NCBI GenBank assembly: GCA_023645945.1
Contig: JALAIB010000055.1
Location: forward strand, 1 to 39,089
Direction: 5' to 3'
Length of the DNA: 39,089 nucleotides
From: Diploschistes diacapsis
Taxonomy: Eukaryota
Of this stretch, positions 29,004-39,089 are shown piece after piece; the first letter of the stretch is position 1; every line of letters begins with the position of its first letter. The notes under the pieces are model-generated. The model was given only the letters and a program-made list of their open reading frames with translations. It was not told the DNA's origin and ran no database searches. A program made the translations under genes and the position numbers.

Positions 29004-29374
29004 GTCTTCCAGTTTGCTTATATTGGTTTGAAATTAGGGTGCGTGATTATTAATTGCGCAAGGTTCGGTTTGTTCGACCGAGCATACAGCGGCATTGTTC
29101 ATTGTTCATCCGCTGGTCGGTCCCTGCAGCGAGGTGCATCAGCATCGGAGGATACATAACATCCGCATTACTTAATACGGGATACTACTGTCTTACTACG
29201 CCCCAGCTATGAAAGATCGTTTCGTTATAATAATATAGCTTTCGCTTTCTGTCCAAACATTTCCTCTCGACCCGATCACAGTTTACTCCTTGAATGGAAA
29301 GATTCGGTAGATTTCTTCCCAAGGTGTTTCGTTCGTCTTTGAAAACAAACCCTCGGCCTTCCGCCACGGCACAA

Positions 29375-30349
29375 ATGGCTGCAATTAAGAACGTTGCGAT
29401 TGTTGGGGTAGGTGGTGATCCAAGATAGGACTCTAAAGTCAATAACAGCAAAGCTCATCCATTTCTATAGGCCTCTGGATCTTTGGGGGAACCAGTGCTC
29501 AAAGCACTGATCGAGTCTGGAAAATTTAACGTCACGGTCGTTAAACGCGAATCCTCCTCTGCAAGCTTCGGGGACTCTGTCGCGGTTCGGCCGGTCGACC
29601 TCTCATCGGTAGACTCTGTCACGGCTGCCTTCGAAGGCCAGGATGCCGTAGTCTCCACCGTTGGGACGCCAGGCTTGCAAGCGCAGGAAATCCTCGTTAA
29701 AGCCGCGGTAGCGGCAGGCGTGAAGCGCTTTCTTCCGTCCGACTTCGGCTGTGACCTCGCCAACCCAAAAGCCGCCGCTCTGCCTGTTTTTAAATACAAA
29801 CTTAACATTCACAAGGTGCTACGTGAGGCTGCAGCTGCTAAGCCTGATTTCACTTACACTCTGGTTTGCAACAATGCCTTTCTAGACTGGGGCCTGGAGA
29901 AGAACTTTCTCCTCAATTGGAAGGACAGCAAGCCCAAGCTTTTCGACGGCGGCAATAAGCTGTTCAGCGCCACTTCGTTGGATTCTGTCGGACAGGCTGT
30001 CGTTGGTATCCTGAGTCACCCGGAGGAGACAAAGAATCGCTTTGTTTACGTCAAGGACATTGACATCTCGCAGAATCAGCTCCTGGCCATTGCCAAGAAG
30101 GTTGAGCCCGGAAAGACATGGGAGGATCCTATTCACATCGACACGGCAGAGCTCGAGAAATCTTCTTATGAGAGCCTGGCCAAGGGTGAAGTCACTCCGC
30201 AAGTCATGGTCGCCTTCCTCTTTCGAATCATTTTTGGGCCACCAGACTACGGTGGTCGGTTCGCTACAGATGACAACGAGCTCCTGGGACTAAAGGGCAA
30301 GACGGAGGCGGACGTCGAGGCCATACTGAAATCCATGGTTCAGGGCTGA
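29375..30349 (+). CDS. NmrA-like / isoflavone-reductase-like NAD(P)H-binding oxidoreductase
   Basis: MAAIKNVAIVG|ASGSLG (intron 29408-29470); QDAVVSTVG; AAVAAGVKRFLPSDFG; conserved K; FLDWGL; VGQAVVGIL. Confidence 0.9.
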
Positions 30350-31673
30350 CTCTGAGGGCTAAGAGGTATAGACCTCTCTCCAGAATGACTTGGAGCGCTC
30401 GAGCTTTAAACATGGTCACGAATGAAAAATGAATAGGCTCTCACCAGAATTCAGATCTTCATTGGTTTTATACCGCATGCCATTTTTCAATGCCAACAAC
30501 CCTGTTGCTAAAGATTTCGACCATGTGCTAATTGATGTGGTGATTATAACACCCATGCACTAGTCCCCTTCTATGGGGACACCCCATATCCACCCCTCGG
30601 CCGAGAGATATCGATGGACGGACGGTCTCCTCGATTTCTCGCACACGCAATCGACAGCTGGCTTACCGACCCCTTTCAGCGCGAGCAGCCTTTTGCTGAA
30701 GAATAGCTGGACGCTCGTGCGATTGGTACCTGGTTCGCACACCCCTTCCCATATGCAACCCTCTTGGCCCCCAGTCTGCGCCCCCTTCACATCGTATGCC
30801 GGCCTATGCCTGCTGCTGTAATCATTCTCTTTCAACAAGCGGTTGCAACCCCCAGGGCCAAGTCGTAGGCCCACTTCGACTTTGAAACGGCCCCCCCTCT
30901 TTCCCCTAACCACCATCGGCAATACTGCCCTTAGCGTGATATGTCAAACGCATCCGAGAGAATGGGTGGGGGCCATCATCCTTTGAACCCAGCACAATGA
31001 CACCCAGCCCCCAAGTGGACAATGCTCTCCCCGTACAGGCCCATTTCCAACCCGGTACAACCCATCATGCAGGACAGCCACGGCCTCGGATAATGCACTC
31101 GCAAGGATGGCTGCAAGGCCGCCCCCACGAAACGTCAAACCTTACCAAGGGCTGTTCTGAGCTTGGTGGGTTTCGAGCCAGGCCCAGTGCCGATCTGGAG
31201 GAGTTGTCGGCGCAGTGGTGGGTCACAAGGATCAGCATACAAACTTATGCGGTGACGAGGAAAAAAACCTTCCTGCTGGCACTCAGCCCATGCCACACAA
31301 CAACGATGACAGGACTCTGGTCACAACGCCAGTGTGGTATGGGCTGGAGTGCTACTCCCAACCCAGCAAGAAAAGAAAACCCCTCCCTGTGACGGACAGT
31401 AGCTAGGATTGGTGGTTCAGCAATAAGAGGGGTAGCATGAGATGACGGCCTGAGCGAAAGCTGATTGCGCAGGAGCAGCGTCTGTCCAAGATACTAACAG
31501 CACAACTGGACCTTATTATCCACCCATCCCCTTAAACAGAAGCCCCGTGCGGTAGAGCATATCTACGACCGACAGAGCTCGACCAAACGCTAGCGTCGCT
31601 AGCTGTTTATGATCGCAGGGCAAGAATGCCGTCTAGGCTTCTTTGCTAGACAACTGTCGTTCCTCTTGTGGGT

Positions 31674-33043
31674 CTACTCGGCCGGTCGCTGTGCCTCAAT
31701 GACAGACTCGATGCTGCCCGACTTGCGCCATACCTTGACAATGACGAATCCCGCCCGATCAAGCAAGTCTGCCCAAGCCTTCTCCTTGCGCTCGCGGGAA
31801 ATGTGCTGCGAGAGCATGTAGAGGTCGACCATGGGATCCCAGTCGGACGGGGTCTCGTCGACTACCACTTCATGGATCAGCAGAGAGGAGTAGCCTGGCT
31901 CTACGGCTTTGGCAAGCTGCTCTAGGATTTTGACCGCAAAGTCGTCGGGCCAGCTGTGTAAAACGGTATGCAAGTAATAAGCAGTCGCGCCCTTTACGGG
32001 TTGATCGGTGAAAAAATCGTGTCCCATTGGGACGATGCCGTTCTCGACCTTCCGACCTTCCAGGACAGAGGGCAGGTCCTGAAGGATGAGCTCATATTGG
32101 GCGTCTGCAGGGAGTCTTTGGCGGAATTGCTCGATGTCAACTCCGGTTCCGCCGCCCACGTCCACAAGAAGTGGTACTTGGGGCTTCATCCTGCTGATAA
32201 CGCTTTCGGGGGGACAGATCTCCGGCCAAGGTGTTTTCTGGGCAGCGGCCATATTCATTACATCGTGCAACGCTTCGAAGACGGCAGGTCTCGTTTCCAT
32301 GTCATCGAAGAAGGTTCGACCGCGCATATGGGTCCAGTTAGTCGGGGTCATGGTACTCGCATTCATATACTTCTCCTCTCGGAGAAAAGTGGGCAGATTG
32401 ATGAAAGCTGGATTCGCGATGTGATTTATTTAACGCTAATGTCAGCATTCTTGACACTTGCCACGCATTCAACAGATCAAAGGGTTATTATTATGGATAT
32501 GCTCCACGTACCGCCAGGAGATCGTGCTCCTTATCGGACGTTCTGCAAGAGCCTCTGCAAACTTGGTAAGAGCGAAAGTGCCAGGCGAGACCAGCTCCAA
32601 AACGTGGTCTCTAACGAGATACCGTAGCAAACGCTCTGTACAGCGGGGGGTAGGCAATCAGAACATTCCGTGAAGATCACAACCATCCTTACCCAGCAGT
32701 ACTGGCTCAACTCCCACCAGGTTTGCAGGGTCATCCACTGTCGCAGGCTGGTTCTGTTTCTCACGAATCCATTTGCGAAACAGGTCAACGTCGTTACAGA
32801 CCGTTAGACTACCTACCGGCCAAGAGAGGTTGTTAAGGAAGATCAATAGACAATCTTCGCACCGTTGGCTAGAGAACGTACTGGTAACATGTTCAGCCGA
32901 ATAGCGGCTTCCACAGGTGTCTCTATGCGTGCATGCGCAGCAGCAAGAGCGCGCAAGAGTTGACGCCTCTCATCCTCGGTCTTGCAGCTCTCTTGGCCTA
33001 ACTGTGAGAGATCGTGCTGAAGTTTCTCCAAACTGAAATCCAT
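31674..33043 (-). CDS. SAM-dependent O-methyltransferase (Methyltransf_2), possibly disrupted
   Basis: LVDVGGGTG, LILQDLP, GHDFFTDQPVKGA, YYLHTVLHSWPDD, LLIHE, RER. N-terminal exons ERLLRYL and NPAFINLPTFL. The third intron cannot be spliced in frame with its best donor/acceptor pair (see findings). Confidence 0.8.
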
Positions 33044-33789
33044 GTTTGCCGATAGTCAAAGCGCGTTCAATAGCTTCTACCAAAGTGTTTTCTGATGGGA
33101 GCTTTCTTGAGACACGGTAGAGACTCCAAAAAGCTGAGAACGGAGGGCCCTCCACATGTCACTCTAGGGACGATTGCATTGAAGGACAGAATGTTCAGCT
33201 AGAATTCGAGGAATTAAGAGATTTCCTCCTGGATGGATCGATTACCCGGGAATACCCGGTGGGTAAGTGCTTAACAATGTTAAGTCTACGATGTATAAGT
33301 AATCATTACTCCGGCTCCGAGTCATATAACTTTTGACATACTCGGGATTAGATTGATTGCGAAGAATCGGGTGTAGGATTTATTTTTCCGAGTACCTATT
33401 GGAGGCACCGGATACATCATATACCACGAGCTATATTCGATCGTTATCTGCCGCTTTCTGAAGATCCTCTGCAGTATGGACACATCTAAAGTGGCGCAAG
33501 ATGCCCTGCAAGACCGGAATCGGCGCGGTATAATTTCAATATCCAATGTAACGTACAGCCTATATCAGATTTATTGTCTGGCCTATCATGACCTGCCTCA
33601 TCCGCTGCCAACTTTGAACTTATTTCAGATGATGAATGGACCTGTCCAGTCATTAGCGAGAGGCGTGCCTGTCTTCCAAGGCATACTGTTCCCGCTCTTC
33701 TTTTGAGACAACCGTTGTGCCAGAGCGCGTACTCACACACCGCGCCGGACCGACACCAAAGCGATCCTATCGTCTCCCCCCCGCGGCTG

Positions 33790-34290
33790 CTGATGCGAGA
33801 CAGGGACGTGATACCCACGGTGAGGACCATGACGGCAGTATAGCCATAGAGAAGCATCCTCAGCTTCTTGGTAGTGGCGAAGAGACGGACCACGAATAAT
33901 GCAATGGAGACTCGACTGATTATATGGGAAAAGATCCCAAATTCTTCACCAACGTACTGAACCATGCCAGCCGTAATTAGATTCTCCTGTGGATAGCAGC
34001 CTACATGGCGACCGAAACCCAGGGTAGTCTCGTACCACCAACAGCTGAAACATGCTGCGAGGAGTACCTAGATACTTTCAGACCTGATCCGGCCACCTCA
34101 TTGCAATGAGCACATCATCCCACCAGTATTGCTTCACAAGACGCACACGAACATACATTCGTAAGGTGATGAGGATCGTGGCGACTCCAAACATCAGGCT
34201 TGATGTGATAACGAACGCAAAGCCTGCAGCATTGCGCTGACAGTACTCTGCCGAATACTGAACATCTTCCTCTGTGCTCACAGTGGTTAT
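33790..34290 (-). pseudogene. Truncated Pth11-like (fungal rhodopsin-like) integral membrane protein
   Basis: LRMYVRVRLVKQYWWDDVLIAM, LGFGRHV, SRVSIALFVVRLF are family hallmarks. No ATG (ATA ACC ACT GTG at the 5' end), and similarity/hydrophobicity stops after about four helices near 33800. Confidence 0.7.
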
Positions 34291-35194
34291 ATACGTTCGA
34301 AATTGAAAAATGTGGGCCGACGAAGAGTGATTACATTTAGGGACATAACGTGCCCGACATGATCGTGGTATATCTGTTCCTTTAGTCTCCGCAAGCTGGG
34401 CGAGATGTTTGAGACCATCCTCCGATGGCGTCGGCCAGGGGGCTCAGACTGTGCAATATCCTAGTCAATAACGCAACTTTAGCAACACTAGCTGAGCATG
34501 AACGCCGTATGAACATGCCGTCCCGAATGCCTAGTTCCTAAACTAAGTTACTATTGCAGTCTCAATAGGAGCGGACATTCGCTTACATGGCAAGGATCTA
34601 GTAAGTTGCCTTGAATAGTTGCATCATCTAGAAGATGACTAGCCATCTGCTCGGGGGCGGAAATTGACACCCTCAAAGCTGGCACCGACAGTTTTTTTTC
34701 GGTATAACTGTAAAGCTTGCAGGCCCCGTTGTTAAGCATGGACGCTCTCGTGGTTCGCTTAACGGACCGGCTAGTTGTGGGCCCAGAGAGCGCGGGTGGC
34801 TTTAGGGTCTGACGGCGGAAACGGCGGAGTGACTATAATTGCGACAATCTAGTATCGTGGTGCAAAGACAGATGGAGGCTTTTTGGATGAGTAGATCATG
34901 ATAGACTGGATCACTGCAAAAGCAGTGGGCACAAAACGGACCAATCGGAGCCATTGGAGAGACTTAACATCCGAGATATTAGGATGCTTAGCAATTGGGT
35001 GATTCAGCTACAAATTCCATTCATCGCAAAACAAAGAGCCTTGCAGTTATGCCTGCAGCTTTTCCTCCGACCGTGTGGTCCCGACGCTCGTACAAAGATC
35101 ACCACGGCCGTTCAAATCGACTGGCTACTTGCTCAGGACGTTGCCCCTCGAGATCTCTTCATCGCAACATCTCTAGGTATCTTCTAGCGGAACC

Positions 35195-36874
35195 ATGGCA
35201 CACTCCACTGCCACCCAGCCTTTGCAGGCTGGCTCTTCACCCACCCCAAGTGAGCCTCCAGTCGAGTCGTCCAAGTATGAGAACGGCGAAGATCTTCCGT
35301 CCAAAGGGACCGCCGCAGATGGTCCTCAACAAGTCGTCAATCCATTCCGCTCTGGCTTTCACGAGTTCCTCTTCGTCGGGGTTCTATGTGTCGCTCAACT
35401 CTCAACTCAATTCTCCCTAGGCCAGACTCTGAACCTCGTTCAAATTATTGGACGTACTTTCAACACCTCGAACCCGGGAACGTTGAGCTGGTTCGTCGCA
35501 GGCTATTCCCTTACGGTTGGCTCCTTCATCTTGATATCCGGACGGTTTGGAGACTACTATGGCTACAAGAGGCTCTTCATCATCGGCATGTGCTGGTTCG
35601 CGTTGTGGTCCGTGTTGGCCGGGCTTAGCAACTATTCGAATTATGTGTTCTTCATTTTTGCTCGTGTGTTCCAAGGTAAGTCGCATACTCGCTTGAGTGT
35701 TTCAGTCTCTCACTACCTGGGGCTAGGCATTGGCCCAGCAATCTGTCTACCGAATGCGGTTGCTCTCCTCGGTGCCACATATCCTGCGGGCATGAAGAAG
35801 AACCTCATATTTGCAACATTTGGCGCCGTCGCTCCCGGAGGTGCTGCTATTGGAGCTGTCTTTGGCGGCATTTTCCAAGACAATTGGCCATGGGCCTTTT
35901 ATAGCTTTGCTCTCGTTCTTTTCACAGTAGCATGCCTTGCATATCTCGTCATACCCAGCCGCATAGTTCAGACGAAGGACACAAGTCAGCTCACCTTTTG
36001 GCAGCTCCTCGAAACATTGGATATACTGGGAGGATTCGTGGGAATTATTGCACTTACTTTGATCAACTTCGCTTGGAATCAAGCACCAGCCGCTTCATGG
36101 GCATCTGCCGCTAGCATCACGACTCTCATCCTGGGCATATGCCTCGTTCCGGTCTTCTTCTATATCGAGGCTCGGATCTCACCTTCGCCGCTTATACCCT
36201 GGGATATTATCAATGCTGATATCGGTTTTGTGCTAGCGTGTATCTCCTGTGGATGGGCGGCTTTTGGCATTTGGGCATTTTACATTTTCCAGTTTTTTCA
36301 ACAAATCCGAGGCGCCAGTCCCTTACTTACTGCTGCCTACATAGTTCCCGTGGCCGTATCCGGTGCAATTGCTTCTATCGTTACTGGTCTGCTTCTCAAG
36401 TTTCTCCATCCAGCCTGGATCATGGTCGTGTCCCTCAGTTCATTTTTCCTTGCTGTCACGCTCGTTGCTACGGCACCTGCAGATCAAACATACTGGGCCC
36501 AGACATTTGTGGCCACGATATTTATAACATGGGGTATGGACATGAGTTTCCCTGCTGCCACGATCGTCATGAGCAATGCAGTGAAGCCGGAATATCAGGG
36601 AGTCGCAGCCAGTCTCATCATGTGGTAAGTCGAAGTGAAGAACGCACCCACATTGAGCGTCGATTCAGCACACTAACGGGGGTGTTCTAGCATCGTTAAT
36701 TACAGCATCTCCATAGGCCTCGGCTTTGCTGGCACTGTTGAGGTGCAGGTGAACGATGGTGATGTCTTGAAAGGCATTCGGGGAGCTTTGTACATGGGCG
36801 TCGGCTTGGCAGGCCTCGGTGTATGCCTGAGTCTCTTGTTTGCCTTTCTCCGTGTATACCCACGGTCTTCCTAA
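35195..36874 (+). CDS. MFS drug:H+ antiporter (DHA2, Atr1-like) efflux pump
   Basis: WFVAGYSLTVGSFILISGRFGDYYGYK; ARVFQG|IGPA; GMDMSFPAAT; QGVAASL; last exon IVNYSISIGLGFAG to TAA 36872-36874. An in-frame intron lies at about 35676-35727. Confidence 0.92.
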
Positions 36875-37758
36875 GGCCCAAACTACGCCCTCCTTCAGAC
36901 AGCTGGGAAAAAGTTTGCTACAATGCTCGACCTAAGGGGTGAACAATCCTGCGCTGAAGCGAGAGATTCGATAAATACTTGGCACTGGCGAACTTCGAAA
37001 GATGCAGGTCATGCTCTTGGTGATTTCAATGCACAGGTATCAGGCTAATTGACTTGGGTGATTAGTCTATAGCGGCCAAGATGTGTTTATCGAGAGCGAC
37101 CGTGGTTTGATTGGATATCTGCGCGCCTTGAACTCTTCCGAACTTCCTGTGTGTCACGACAGGGGGAAGAAGGCGCAAGCCACATGGAGCATTGTATTAT
37201 AGACCTCGGTATTAGAGAAGGCAAAGGCATGCGGCTACTCAGGCTGCTCTCGTGTACTATTATTACTACACGCCAAGCTTTAATTCAACTACAAGTGTAT
37301 CGCGACAGCCGCGCAGCCGGAACTAGTACCGATTAATATTTGCGAGAATCGCCTACCTGGACGCGAGGACCTACCGTGAGGACTTGCTACGCATGGCAGC
37401 ATGCAGAGAAGTTGTTGTCGAATTTCCCAAATCTTACGGGGGAAAGCTAAGTCAAAGGCTGCTGAGATACTGGAGGCTCCTGGGCGACAGGGGACCGGAT
37501 CATCGAAGCTCCTGAAGCACATGTCTTTGAAAGGCCTGAGACTGAGTTCAAAGCCTTCTTTGTCATTTACCCAGCTGTGCGAGTTCCCTCAAGAACTCTA
37601 CTACTCGCCGGTTTTCTCCGTCAACAAGTTATATATAAGAAACGTCGTAGCATTTCGAAAATTAAAGAAAATGAAATTTATGAGCTTAAATTCAATTCGG
37701 ATCGATTGGGTTCGGAGTACAACAAGAATTATTCCGTATAAGTATTTGCTTTAATATA

Positions 37759-37958
37759 ACGTGTTCCACCACACAACGGAACACACCACAAAGCGGAACA
37801 TTACATTATAATGTAATTGCGCTAGATCGAACGCTTCCATATTTGTACGAAGCTAAATCTGTTCTCAACTACACTACCCCGTTCTTCGGCCTTTTTTTAA
37901 TTACATTATAATATAATGTTCCGCTTTGTGGTGTGTTCCGTTGTGTGGTGGAACACGT
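37759..37958. mobile_element. 200-bp MITE with about 60-bp ACGT-ended TIRs, TA target duplication
   Basis: TA|ACGTGTTCCACCACACAACGGAACACACCACAAAGCGGAACATTA ... TAATGTTCCGCTTTGTGGTGTGTTCCGTTGTGTGGTGGAACACGT|TA. Confidence 0.9.
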
Positions 37959-38022
37959 TAGTCCTGCGCTTCGCTTAGGAATTAATTATTTACCTTAACG
38001 GTCGTAACTTTTCGTCCGTAGC

Positions 38023-38061
38023 TTTTTAATTTTTAATTTTTAATTTTTAATTTTTAATTTT
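38023..38061. repeat. (TTTTTAA)n tandem repeat
   Basis: About 5.5 perfect 7-bp units. Confidence 0.9.
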
Positions 38062-38197
38062 GACTGAAGATCTTGTCCGCCAATTATCAAATGCTAATAA
38101 TTGAAACGAGATGATTAACTGTCTTAGGATTAGGCCCAGTTATTAAAGCTGAAGTGAAGAGTTTTCGGAATGGTGGCAGCAGTGGGAATTGAATCTA

Positions 38198-39089
38198 CAG
38201 TACTAGTCCAAAAGTAATGGTCCCTCGGTTAAATCGGTGCAAATAAACAATAAATGCCTACTATTATTTCTACAATAATGCCACCATATCGTTTTTTGAA
38301 GCTTTGGGAGCGTTCTGAGCTTATAGGCGCATATAGATCAGATATTATCTTGAAAAATGCAGCCAATAGGCTAAATATTTTTTATTTTACAGCCAAAAAG
38401 ACAATAGTAAAGGTTTCAAAACGTGATGAAGATCAAGATGATCTGAAGCGCTCCGGAAGACCTCGAATAACGTCCGAAAATCAAGAAAATAGGTTTTATC
38501 GAACGGTTAAACGCTATTTAGAATTTAAATGATCTGAATTGCTCGATATCTCGTCTATTAATAAAAATATAATGCGCCGAAAATTCCGCGACATCGATTC
38601 TTTTTTTGAAAAATATTAGATACGGTGGAAGCTATATTTAAAGCCTGAAGATGCGGAAAAACGCCTGAAGTATTCCCGAATACACCGAACTTGACGCGCC
38701 GAGGATTTTGTTAATATTTAGTTCACCGACGAATGTTTTATAGTAATAGGAAGTAATAAAATACGAAAATAGATATAAAGATATATAAAAGAACAATGAC
38801 TTCCCGATTATTTAATAAAAACGGTTAAAAATAAAAAAAGCATCATATTTTAAATTAATATAAAAGCCGATAAACGCGTCGTGTAATGTTTTTTCGAAAA
38901 TTATTACATAAATGGGCGAAATATTACCGCCGAGGCTTATTATACTTTATTAAAGGATATTTTGCTTTAAATCTACGAACCTGGGTAAGGTTTTTTATAA
39001 AATAATACTTTTATATATATTATAAACGCTGTTAAAACGCTTTTAAAAAATCTCGGCGTTTAGGTTTTCGATTATTTATTATATAATCC
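38198..39089 (+). mobile_element. Tc1/mariner transposon, 5' part, with RIP-degraded transposase pseudogene
   Basis: TA|CAGTACTAGTCCAAAAGTAATGGTCCCTC TIR; ORF from 38254 with RSGRPR motif; later *FTDEC (38719-38736, first catalytic Asp) and FL*NNT (about 38992-39009, decayed QDNA). Many TAA/TAG/TGA stops at Trp/Gln-like positions and strong AT/TpA enrichment. Confidence 0.88.

Noticed and set aside
31968..32627. 219-aa plus-strand ORF
   Set aside because: Antisense shadow of the O-methyltransferase.

Overview
Fungal (filamentous ascomycete) secondary-metabolite island of about 36 kb. It holds an apparently complete halogenated 6-hydroxymellein/terrein-type polyketide cluster. Left to right: YCII-domain protein (-), Rdc2/RadH-type flavin-dependent halogenase (-), phenol-2-monooxygenase-type FMO (TerD-like, -), stand-alone DH-pseudoCMeT-KR collaborating enzyme (TerB-like, -) divergent from a SAT-KS-AT-PT-ACP-ACP-TE non-reducing PKS (TerA-like, +), a second FMO (TerC-like, -), two Zn2Cys6 regulators (+, -), an NmrA/isoflavone-reductase-like oxidoreductase (+), an O-methyltransferase that may be frameshifted (-), a truncated Pth11-like membrane-protein relic (-) and a DHA2-type MFS exporter (+). 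Both ends carry a similar TE arrangement: an ACGT-ended TA-flanked MITE inside, and an AT-rich Tc1/mariner element outside; the two Tc1 TIRs match 26/29 and the copies appear to be in direct orientation. Gene models were spliced by eye. Homology to ter genes is inferred from motifs, domain order and gene neighbourhood, not from database searches.
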